64,000 nt of DNA, taken from NCBI GenBank assembly GCA_032718475.1, contig JAUCBJ010003757.1, positions 1 to 64,000 on the forward strand. The letters are read 5' to 3'. Shown here one piece after another: positions 42,801-54,699 of this stretch. Under the pieces are notes generated by a model, which saw nothing but the letters and a program-made list of their open reading frames with translations, was not told the DNA's origin and did no database searches. The first letter of the stretch is position 1, and the number at the start of each line of letters is the position of its first letter. Source of the stretch: Nemertoderma westbladi (Eukaryota > Animalia > Xenacoelomorpha). The translations under genes and the position numbers were made by a program.

Positions 42801-45800
42801 AGATAATCCGTATAACATACAAACACAATATAAACAAATATAGTGTGATAGATAATCCGTATAACATACAAACACAATATAAACAAATATAGTGTGATAG
42901 ATAATCCGTATAACATACAAACACAATATAAACAAATATAGTGTGATAGATAATCCGTATAACATACAAACACAATATAAACAAATATAGTGTGATAGAT
43001 AATCCGTATAACATACAAACACAATATAAACAAATATAGTGTGATAGATAATCCGTATAACATACAAACACAATATAAACAAATATAGTGTGATAGATAA
43101 TCCGTATAACATACAAACACAATATAAACAAATATAGTGTGATAGATAATCCGTATAACATACAAACACAATATAAACAAATATAGTGTGATAGATAATC
43201 CGTATAACATACAAACACAATATAAACAAATATAGTGTGATAGATAATCCGTATAACATACAAACACAATATAAACAAATATAGTGTGATAGATAATCCG
43301 TATAACATACAAACACAATATAAACAAATATAGTGTGATAGATAATCCGTATAACATACAAACACAATATAAACAAATATAGTGTGATAGATAATCCGTA
43401 TAACATACAAACACAATATAAACAAATATAGTGTGATAGATAATCCGTATAACATACAAACACAATATAAACAAATATAGTGTGATAGATAATCCGTATA
43501 ACATACAAACACAATATAAACAAATATAGTGTGATAGATAATCCGTATAACATACAAACACAATATAAACAAATATAGTGTGATAGATAATCCGTATAAC
43601 ATACAAACACAATATAAACAAATATAGTGTGATAGATAATCCGTATAACATACAAACACAATATAAACAAATATAGTGTGATAGATAATCCGTATAACAT
43701 ACAAACACAATATAAACAAATATAGTGTGATAGATAATCCGTATAACATACAAACACAATATAAACAAATATAGTGTGATAGATAATCCGTATAACATAC
43801 AAACACAATATAAACAAATATAGTGTGATAGATAATCCGTATAACATACAAACACAATATAAACAAATATAGTGTGATAGATAATCCGTATAACATACAA
43901 ACACAATATAAACAAATATAGTGTGATAGATAATCCGTATAACATACAAACACAATATAAACAAATATAGTGTGATAGATAATCCGTATAACATACAAAC
44001 ACAATATAAACAAATATAGTGTGATAGATAATCCGTATAACATACAAACACAATATAAACAAATATAGTGTGATAGATAATCCGTATAACATACAAACAC
44101 AATATAAACAAATATAGTGTGATAGATAATCCGTATAACATACAAACACAATATAAACAAATATAGTGTGATAGATAATCCGTATAACATACAAACACAA
44201 TATAAACAAATATAGTGTGATAGATAATCCGTATAACATACAAACACAATATAAACAAATATAGTGTGATAGATAATCCGTATAACATACAAACACAATA
44301 TAAACAAATATAGTGTGATAGATAATCCGTATAACATACAAACACAATATAAACAAATATAGTGTGATAGATAATCCGTATAACATACAAACACAATATA
44401 AACAAATATAGTGTGATAGATAATCCGTATAACATACAAACACAATATAAACAAATATAGTGTGATAGATAATCCGTATAACATACAAACACAATATAAA
44501 CAAATATAGTGTGATAGATAATCCGTATAACATACAAACACAATATAAACAAATATAGTGTGATAGATAATCCGTATAACATACAAACACAATATAAACA
44601 AATATAGTGTGATAGATAATCCGTGTAACATACAAACACAATATAAACAAATATAGTGTGATAGATAATCCGTATAACATACAAACACAATATAAACAAA
44701 TATAGTGTGATAGATAATCCGTATAACATACAAACACAATATAAACAAATATAGTGTGATAGATAATCCGTATAACATACAAACACAATATAAACAAATA
44801 TAGTGTGATAGATAATCCGTATAACATACAAACACAATATAAACAAATATAGTGTGATAGATAATCCGTATAACATACAAACACAATATAAACAAATATA
44901 GTGTGATAGATAATCCGTATAACATACAAACACAATATAAACAAATATAGTGTGATAGATAATCCGTATAACATACAAACACAATATAAACAAATATAGT
45001 GTGATAGATAATCCGTATAACATACAAACACAATATAAACAAATATAGTGTGATAGATAATCCGTATAACATACAAACACAATATAAACAAATATAGTGT
45101 GATAGATAATCCGTATAACATACAAACACAATATAAACAAATATAGTGTGATAGATAATCCGCATAACATACAAACACAATATAAACAAATATAGTGTGA
45201 TAGATAATCCGTATAACATACAAACACAATATAAACAAATATAGTGTGATAGAAAATCCGTATAACACAATATAAACAAATATAGTGTGATAGATAATCC
45301 GTATAACATACAAACACAATATAAACAAAGTGTGATAGATAATCCGTATAACATACAAACACAATATAAACAAATATAGTGTGATAGAAAATCCGTATAA
45401 CACAATATAAACAAATATAGTGTGATAGATAATCCGTGTAACATACAAACACAATATAAACAAATATAGTGTGATAGATAATCCGTGTAACATACAAACA
45501 CAATATAAACAAATATAGTGTGATAGATAATCCGTGTAACATACAAACACAATATAAACAAATATAGTGTGATAGATAATCCGTATAACATACAAACACA
45601 ATATAAACAAATATAGTGTGATAGAAAATCCGTATAACATACAAACACAATATAAACAAATATAGTGTGATAGAAAATCCGTATAACACAATATAAACAA
45701 ATATAGTGTGATAGATAATCCGTGTAACATACAAACACAATATAAACAAATATAGTGTGATAGATAATCCGTATAACATACAAACACAATATAAACAAAT

Positions 45801-48800
45801 AAAGTGTGATAGATAATCCGTGTAACATACAAACACAATATAAACAAATATAGTGTGATAGATAATCCGTATAACATACAAACACAATATAAACAAATAT
45901 AGTTTGATAGATAATCCGTATAACATACAAACACAATATAAACAAATATAGTGTGATAGATAATCCGTATAACATACAAACACAATATAAACAAATATAG
46001 TGTGATAGATAATCCGTGTAATATACAAACACAATATAAACAAATATAGTGTGATAGAAAATCCGTATAACATACAAACACAATATAAACAAATATAGTG
46101 TGATAGAAAATCCGTATAACATACAAACACAATATAAACAAATATAGTGTGATAGAAAATCCGTGTAATATACAAACACAATATAAACAAATATAGTGTG
46201 ATAGAAAATCCGTATAACATACAAACACAATATAACCAAAGTGTAATAGATAATCCGTATAACATACAAACACAATATAAACAAATATAGTGTGATAGAT
46301 AATCCGTATAACATACAAACACAATATAAACAAATATAGTGTGATAGATAATCCGTATAACATACAAACACAATATAAACAAATATAGTGTGATAGATAA
46401 TCCGTATAACATACAAACACAATATAAACAAATATAGTGTGATAGAAAATCCGTATAACATACAAACACAATATAAACAAATATAGTGTGATAGATAATC
46501 CGTGTAACATACAAACACAATATAAACAAATATAGTTTGATAGATAATCCGTATAACATACAAACACAATATAAACAAATATAGTGTGATAGATAATCCG
46601 TATATCATACAAACACAATATAAACAAATATAGTGTGATAGAAAATCCGTATAACATACAAACACAATATAAACAAATATAGTGTGATAGATAATCCGTA
46701 TAACATACAAACACAATATAAACAAATATAGTGTGATAGAAAATCCGTATAACATACAAACACAATATAAACAAATATAGTGTGATAGATAATCCGTGTA
46801 ATATACAAACACAATATAAACAAATATAGTGTGATAGAAAATCCGTATAACATACAAACACAATATAAACAAATATAGTGTGATAGATAATCCGTGTAAT
46901 ATACAAACACAATATAAACAAATATAGTGTGATAGATAATCCGTGTAATATACAAACACAATATAAACAAATATAGTGTGATAGATAATCCGTATAACAT
47001 ACAAACACAATATAAACAAATATAGTGTGATAGATAATCCGTATAACATACAAACACAATATAAACAAATATAGTGTGATAGATAATCCGTATAACATAC
47101 AAACACAATATAAACAAATATAGTGTGATAGATAATCCGTATAACATACAAACACAATATAAACAAATATAGTGTGATAGAAAATCCGTATAACATACAA
47201 ACACAATATAAACAAATATAGTGTGATAGATAATCCGTGTAACATACAAACACAATATAAACAAATATAGTTTGATAGATAATCCGTATAACATACAAAC
47301 ACAATATAAACAAATATAGTGTGATAGATAATCCGTATAACATACAAACACAATATAAACAAATATAGTGTGATAGAAAATCCGTATAACATACAAACAC
47401 AATATAAACAAATATAGTGTGATAGATAATCCGTATAACATACAAACACAATATAAACAAATATAGTGTGATAGATAATCCGTATAACATACAAACACAA
47501 TATAAACAAATATAGTGTGATAGAAAATCCGTATAACATACAAACACAATATAAACAAATATAGTGTGATAGATAATCCGTGTAATATACAAACACAATA
47601 TAAACAAATATAGTGTGATAGAAAATCCGTATAACATACAAACACAATATAAACAAATATAGTGTGATAGATAATCCGTGTAATATACAAACACAATATA
47701 AACAAATATAGTGTGATAGATAATCCGTGTAATATACAAACACAATATAAACAAATATAGTGTGATAGATAATCCGTGTAATATACAAACACAATATAAA
47801 CAAATATAGTGTGATAGATAATCCGTATAACATACAAACACAATATAAACAAATATAGTGTGATAGAAAATCCGTATAACATACAAACACAATATAAACA
47901 AATATAGTGTGATAGATAATCCGTGTAATATACAAACACAATATAAACAAATATAGTGTGATAGAAAATCCGTATAACATACAAACACAATATAAACAAA
48001 TATAGTGTGATAGAAAATCCGTATAACATACAAACACAATATAAACAAATATAGTTTGATAGATAATCCGTATAACATACAAACACAATATAAACAAATA
48101 TAGTGTGATAGAAAATCCGTATAACATACAAACACAATATAAACAAATATAGTGTGATAGAAAATCCGTATAACATACAAACACAATATAAACAAATATA
48201 GTGTGATAGAAAATCCGTATAACATACAAACACAATCTAACAAATATAGTGTGATAGATAATCCGTGTAACATACAAACACAATATAAACAAATATAGTT
48301 TGATAGATAATCCGTATAACATACAAACACAATATAAACAAATATAGTGTGATAGATAATCCGCATAACATACAAACACAATATAAACAAATATAGTGTG
48401 ATAGAAAATCCGTATAACATACAAACACAATATAAACAAATAAAGTGTGATAGATAATCCGTGTAACATACAAACACAATATAAACAAATATAGTTTGAT
48501 AGATAATCCGTATAACATACAAACACAATATAAACAAATATAGTGTGATAGAAAATCCGTATAACATACAAACACAATATAAACAAATATAGTGTGATAG
48601 ATAATCCGCATAACATACAAACACAATATAAACAAATATAGTGTGATAGATAATCCGTATAACATACAAACACAATATAAACAAATATAGTGTAATAGAT
48701 AATCCGTGTAACATACAAACACAATATAAACAAATATAGTGTGATAGATAATCCGTGTAACATACAAACACAATATAAACAAATATAGTGTGATAGAAAA

Positions 48801-50262
48801 TCCGTATAACATACAAACACAATATAAACAAATATAGTGTGATAGATAATCCGTGTAACATACAAACACAATATAAACAAATATAGTGTGATAGATAATC
48901 CGTGTAACATACAAACACAATATTATAAACAAATATAGTGTGATAGAAAATCCGTATAACATACAAACACAATATAAACAAATATAGTGTGATAGATAAT
49001 CCGTGTAACATACAAACACAATATAAACAGATATAGTGTGATAGAAAATCCGTATAACATACAAACACAATATAAACAAATATAGTGTGATAGATAATCC
49101 GTGTAACATACAAACACAATATAAACAAATATAGTGTGATAGATAATCCGTGTAACATACAAACACAATATAAACAAATATAGTGTGATAGATAATCCGC
49201 ATAACATACAAACACAATCTAACAAATATAGTGTGATAGATAATCCGTGTAACATACAAACACAATATAAACAAATATAGTTTGATAGATAATCCGAATA
49301 ACATACTTAAACACAATATAAACAAATATAGTGTGATAGATAATCCGCATAACATACAAACACAATATAAACAAATAAAGTGTGATAGATAATCCGTATA
49401 ACATACAAACACAATATAAACAAATAAAGTGTGATAGATAATCCGTGTAACATACAAACACAATATAAACAAATATAGTGTGATAGATAATCCGTGTAAC
49501 ATACAAACACAATATAAACAAATATAGTGTGATAGATAATCCGTATAACATACAAACACAATATAAACAAATATAGTGTGATAGATAATCCGTGTAACAT
49601 ACAAACACAATCTAAACAAATATAGTGTGATAGATAATCCGTGTAACATACAAACACATTATAAACAAATATAGTGTAATAGATAATCCGTATAACATGC
49701 AAACACAATATAAACAAATATAGTGTGATAGAAAATCCGTATAACATGCAAACACAATATAAACAAATATAGTGTGATAGAAAATCCGTATAACATACAA
49801 ACACAATATAAACAAATATAGTGTGATAGATAATCCGTGTAACATACAAACACAATATAAACAAATATAGTGTGATAGATAATCCGTATAACATACAAAC
49901 ACAATCTAAACAAATATAGTGTGATAGATAATCCGTATAACATACAAACACAATATAAACAAATATAGTTTGATAGATAATCCGTATAACATACAAACAC
50001 AATATAAACAAATATAGTGTGATAGATAATCCGTGTAACATACAAACACAATCTAAACAAATATAGTGTGATAGATAATCCGTGTAACATACAAACACAA
50101 TATAAACAAATATAGTGTGATAGATAATCCGTGTAACATACAAACACAATATAAACAAATATAGTGTGATAGATAATCCGTATAACATACAAACACAATA
50201 TAAACAAATATAGTGTGATAGATAATCCGTATAACATACAAACACAATATAAACAAATATAA
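27876..50262. repeat. 49 bp satellite (TAGTGTGATAGATAATCCGTATAACATACAAACACAATATAAACAAATA), ~22.4 kb, roughly 455 units, within one paxillin intron
   Basis: Directly visible; the 49 aa (3-unit) periodicity of the minus-strand ORFs confirms the unit length. Confidence 0.98.
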
Positions 50263-50333
50263 TATCATAATAATAATTCAGCATCAGCACCCCAAATATT
50301 TTTTACAAATATTAATGAAACCCACTTCTACCT

Positions 50334-50573
50334 TTCCTAACCACCGACGGGCTCTGGTTACAGTTCCTAACCACGGGCTCTGGTTACAGTTCCTAACCAC
50401 GGGCTCTGGTTACAGTTCCTAACCACGGGCTCTGGTTACAGTTCCTAACCACGGGCTCAGGTTACAGTTCCTAACCACGGGCTCTGGTTACAGTTCCTAA
50501 CCACGGGCTCTGGTTACAGTTCCTAACCACGGGCTCTGGTTACAGTTACTAACCACGGGCTCTGGTTACAGTT
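50334..50573. repeat. 26 bp minisatellite (CCTAACCACGGGCTCTGGTTACAGTT), about 9 copies
   Basis: Near-identical direct copies. Confidence 0.93.
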
Positions 50574-50723
50574 TCATTTGGTAATTTTGCTTCAAATAAA
50601 TAATAATCAGTTAACGAGGATAATTGGTGAAAGTTCGGTGCGGTGAAGTTCTCCTACGCCAGGTCCACGGAATCTGGAATTGACAGTGGAGTATAATTTA
50701 TTTTTGTATAGTTTTGTGTATTT

Positions 50724-50755
<32 letters not shown>

Positions 50756-51052
50756 CTTTTTGGAACGCCCCAGTACTCCTGTATGGAGAATAACATTCCG
50801 AAAACCATTACAATAGTTAAGCCACCGTCCCACCCTTAATAAAAATTAATGAATAATACTTCATTAATTAATGTGTATCTTCCTTTGTTTTTATATTTTA
50901 CAAAGTATTAAAATCGTTTCCACATTCCAATTATATGATTTTATATTCGGGGCACCATATTTATGTAATCGTATTGATAAATTCATTTATTGAATTGTAC
51001 GATAATAATAATAAGTTATTCAAATACAATGATGAATCGATTTATATTACAG

Positions 51053-51168
51053 AAATGTGTAACGGCGTTAGATAAAACATGGCATCCGGAGCATTTCTTC
51101 TGCGCTCATTGTGGTGAGAACTTCGGTGAGGAAGGATTCCACGAAAGATACGGAAAAGCATATTGCAG
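51053..51168 (+). CDS. PXN: Paxillin-family exon (LIM2)
   Basis: TTACAG| [38 protein letters not shown](R) |GTTGAT; 116 nt, phase 0/2. Confidence 0.93.
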
Positions 51169-51310
51169 GTTGATTAATTTTACGTACCTTCAATTATTTT
51201 TATTTCTAAAGTCGTAAGAAAAATAAAATAGTACAAAATATCGTGCATATATTTTTAACATTATTATTTCTAAAGTTTGTATGAGTATATTTTGTGTGAG
51301 GCAGTTGGTG

Positions 51311-51393
51311 TTATATATGCAAGAATTATACTTGCTTATATGCAAGAATTATACTTGCTTATATGCAAGAATTATACTTGCTTATATGCAAGA
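51311..51393. repeat. 23 bp tandem repeat (TTATATGCAAGAATTATACTTGC), about 3.5 copies
   Basis: Directly visible. Confidence 0.85.
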
Positions 51394-51511
51394 ACCGAAG
51401 TTAGCCACAGAAGGTCCACAATATACCCATCATTTATATAATTCTGATGTAATATTAAGGTTTTGTTCGGAAATGGGAAAAATGATGAAACACGTCACCT
51501 GGGGTTGAACC

Positions 51512-51557
51512 AGCGCTATACGTTCGTTTCGGCCTATCAGCCGTCATCAGTAGCGCT
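51512..51557 (-). ncRNA. Minimal type I hammerhead ribozyme motif (core intact, stem II degenerate)
   Basis: Minus strand: AGCGCTA CTGATGA CGGCTGATAGGCC GAAA CGAACG TA TAGCGCT, i.e. stem I, CUGAUGA, stem II, GAAA, short helix III, GUA triplet, stem I'. Confidence 0.75.
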
Positions 51558-51737
51558 AACCAGTTCAGCCAATTGTCCCTGACCCTTACTCTCCCATCTA
51601 ATCCACTTCTATTGAACAGGCAGTCTGAAGTGCATAGTTGCTGTTAGAGATATGATATGGAACTTAAGTCTGCCTGTTCAATAGAAGTGGATATGGGTGG
51701 GGGGACTAGTGGTTAGGAGCAAGTGGCTGAACTGGTT

Positions 51738-51783
51738 AGCGCTACTGTTGAGGCCTGATAGGCTGAAACGTACGTATAGCGCG
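51738..51783 (+). ncRNA. Minimal type I hammerhead ribozyme motif (core mutated to CUGUUGA)
   Basis: AGCGCTA CTGTTGA GGCCT-GAT-AGGCT GAAA CGTACG TA TAGCGCG; helix III carries the palindrome ACGTACGT. Confidence 0.7.
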
Positions 51784-51948
51784 GGTTCAACCCCCGGTGA
51801 CGCGCTTTCTCATTTTTTCAATTTCTTAACATAACCATTGATGTTACATCATTAATTACAGTTGCATTACCAGCTCGACTCCAATTCATTTCTTAATATA
51901 TTTTGGTTTAACAGTTTATCCTTTATTATCCAATATAATGTATTCCAG

Positions 51949-52063
51949 GAGCGATTATTTCAATATGTTTGCTCCACGTTGCTCTGGTTGTGAAGAACCA
52001 ATCATGGAAAATTACATCTCGGCTCTTGGCAGTCAATGGCACCCACAGTGCTTCGTGTGTTCG
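51949..52063 (+). CDS. PXN: Paxillin-family exon (end of LIM2, LIM3)
   Basis: TTCCAG| (R)[38 protein letters not shown] |GTTAGT; 115 nt, phase 2/0. Absent from the ORF track. Confidence 0.92.
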
Positions 52064-52317
52064 GTTAGTTAAGTCAAGATTTTAGGTCAGACTTATATAT
52101 TGAGACAGGGGTGGAAAATGGTCGGAAATCAGCTCTCGGCGAATCAATATTCTAATCAAAACAATAAACGAAAGTCAATAGAACAGGTTACAGTATTATA
52201 CTTGAGAGTAATCAGCTGTTATTTATTTGTTTCGATTTTCCCCTGGAGAGTCTCCCCCCCCCCCCCCCCTCCCTGCTTATATTATATTTTGTTAACTATA
52301 ACGTTTATCTGTTTCAG

Positions 52318-52438
52318 GAATGTCGCGTGCCATTCAACGGTGGTTCGTTCTTTGAACACGAGGGTCTGCCATACTGTGAGATTCACTATCATTCAAAGAG
52401 AGGCTCATTGTGTGCCAGTTGCGATAAACCAATCACTG
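52318..52438 (+). CDS. PXN: Paxillin-family exon (LIM3 to LIM4)
   Basis: TTTCAG| [40 protein letters not shown](G) |GTTAGT; 121 nt, phase 0/1. Confidence 0.93.
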
Positions 52439-52652
52439 GTTAGTTTAGTTAGAAACCAATCACACGTCCGACAGTTCAGACTCTGGAGATAAAGAAATCT
52501 AAGGAAATTTAGTTATTGTAATTGAATTAATGTTACTTGCCAAGCTGCTACATTACGAACCAGTACGGCGTATCAAAACGAGCCAAAGTTAAGGAATTAG
52601 AGCGCAAGTTATATTTAATTAGTCATAATTAATCTCGGGATGTTTCTTTTAG

Positions 52653-52795
52653 GTCGGTGTATAACGGCGATGATGAAGAAATACCATCCGGAACACTTTA
52701 TCTGTACAACTTGTTTGAAGCCATTGAATAAAGGAATGTTTAAGGAACGAGAAGACAAACCGTATTGCCCACAATGCTACACTAAGTTGCCGTAA
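52653..52795 (+). CDS. PXN: Paxillin-family terminal coding exon (LIM4, stop)
   Basis: TTTTAG| (G)[46 protein letters not shown]; 143 nt. All phases are consistent, giving 256 aa from the ATG at 15958. Confidence 0.93.
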
Positions 52796-53059
52796 ACCAC
52801 GACCGTAATAACCAATTCCTTAATGAGACACTAGAGGGAGCTTGGAGCTTTAATTTATATCGAATTAACCAATTACCGCGCAGTAGGCCTACTAAATGAC
52901 CCACCTACTACATTTTCTCTAAACTTTGAGTGCATTATTAGCAGAGTGAATTATAAATTAGTAGAAAATGGTGAACTTATTAGCTTCTTATATGATATAT
53001 TATTGTTTAGAATTAGGAAAATATTGCGGTACAAAAATGAACATTTTAGAGAAATTTTA

Positions 53060-53065
53060 AATAAA
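53060..53065 (+). terminator. Candidate polyadenylation signal (AATAAA) for the paxillin-family gene
   Basis: AATAAA ~265 nt after the stop; the AT-rich context makes this weak. Confidence 0.3.
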
Positions 53066-54077
53066 CTTAGTTTGAGAAAAATACTAATTCGAAAATAGAA
53101 ACAATTATTCACACAGGTAGATTTGATGTATATCGCTTCATATTTACAGTCGAGTAAACATATGTGGAAGGGTCATCGATAACAATAGACAAATAAGTAG
53201 TCCCCCCCCCCCCCCCCCGGGTAAATTATCCTCCACAGTACTGTAGAATATGAAAGCTTAGATCATAAAACACTGATTCCAAGATCAAGGCTTTCACATG
53301 GCGTCCGTCTCGGGGCCAAAACGTGGGAATTCCTACAGCAAAATGCAGGCAGTGGCAGTAACCAGTTGTCGTAACGTAAGTACTAGAAACGGTGGAGTTC
53401 TACAGAGATTCACTTTTTTTAATTAAAATAACTCGACACTTCCACCGTGAGATAAATGTTTTAATTTTCGAATAAAATTAGGTGGCGAATTCGTAGCGAA
53501 TAAAGTACTTTATAATACTGTATTGCATTACTCGTCTCCGTTACAGAGTAGTTATCATATAAAGAGCTTCCCGCCGTGCCATAAAGTAAATAATTATTCA
53601 TTATCGTATCATTGCTCTGTGTGAATAATAAATAGTGGATGTTAAAAAGCTGTAATAAAGCAAAAAAAGCAGCCATAATAAATATTTACTTTTTCGTATT
53701 AATTCAGGATATTTGGGTTTAAATGTTACCGGTAATAATTTATTATTTATATAATGTTTAATGTGCTTCAATGGTTTGGTAAAGTATCTAGTTTCACAAT
53801 ATTGTTGTAAATCTTCATCGTTTATTCGTAAAGTTTTCTAACAATTCTTATAAGCTGAAATTCTTCAATAAACAGTTGTATAGAAAAACAAAGCAATTAT
53901 TGTTGATAAGCCAATCTTAGATTGGCAGTGTATTTCATTGTATCCGTTGTTTGTAACAGATGTAATCCAAAGTATCGGAAATATCCTCAGATCAGCTGTA
54001 AATATTGCCACAATGATTAAGTGATCGACTCGGAGGTAATTCGTCTTTGTCTTCATTAGTTCCTGTGGTTACAGTTG

Positions 54078-54163
54078 CTATGAAACAACGGCTGGTAGGA
54101 AATATTGCAGAGTCATATCTTGGTGGATGAGAAAGAAATGGATAAGTTTGTCTTCCACAATGT
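54078..54163 (-). CDS. HUS1: HUS1 (9-1-1 checkpoint clamp subunit), terminal coding exon
   Basis: CATTTAG| (N)IVEDKLIHFFLIHQDMTLQYFLPAVVS*; matches the HUS1 C-terminal ..H.D.SLQYFIPA pattern; 86 nt, phase 1. Confidence 0.9.
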
Positions 54164-54570
54164 CTAAATGAAAATAAATATAAGTTGTATGAAAAACAAC
54201 AACTTTATTAAACATAAAACTGGTCAGATAAAAAGCATTAGATGGCGCCATTATGGAGCCCCCTTTTATGTAGCTATCCTATCGGTTACTGTGTGTAGAT
54301 TCAACTGGTCCTCAACCCAACCCCCCCCCCCCCACCCCCCCCCCCCGGCGTATATATTGAGTCAATGGCACAAAATAACCGCAATAATACAAAAATACAA
54401 AATACATTTTAGCGGGTTTGAAAAATAAATTTAATTTAATTAATAACATTAAGGAAAGGGACATGTTACAGTGGCGGTGTTTTCTATCCAAAACAATAAA
54501 CTATACATTATTTCACTTGCGGTCAATGTGCGCCTCTATCTGTGTGTAGTATATGACAGTTAATACTAAC

Positions 54571-54699
54571 TACAGACAACTTTCATCGGGTTTAGTTGTT
54601 GGCTGGTAAGGAAGTGTAAGACCTTCCGTATATCGACCTTAGCGCTAGCAAACTCGGCGTCATCGCGATCGGGGCTGCATAGACCTCCAGGAGCCTCGT
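54571..54699 (-). CDS. HUS1: HUS1 penultimate coding exon
   Basis: CCCGACTAG| (N)EAPGGLCSPDRDDAEFASAKVDIRKVLHFLTSQQLNPMKVVC(N) |GTTAGT; 129 nt, phase 1/1; HUS1 motif DIRK.L.FL..QQ.NP.K..CNI. Confidence 0.9.

Larger units (their letters stand above)
51439..51858. mobile_element. ~420 bp palindrome made of two inverted ~200 bp hammerhead-containing units (Penelope pLTR / retrozyme / SINE-like)
   Basis: The arms pair along their length (e.g. ATCCACTTCTATTGAACAGGCAG / CTGCCTGTTCAATAGAAGTGGAT; CAGTAGCGCTAACCAGTTCAGCCA / TGGCTGAACTGGTTAGCGCTACTG) around a ~20 nt spacer. Confidence 0.75.

Noticed and set aside
27791-50290. Giant 2000-4800 aa Cys/Tyr/Ile-rich ORFs on the minus strand
   Set aside because: Translation of a 49 bp satellite whose antisense strand lacks stop triplets. 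All three frames give the same peptide, indels are tolerated, and the array lies antisense within a paxillin intron.
51715-51805. Intron-containing tRNA gene
   Set aside because: A and B boxes are present, but the middle folds as a hammerhead and the unit is duplicated in inverted orientation; no valid anticodon arm.
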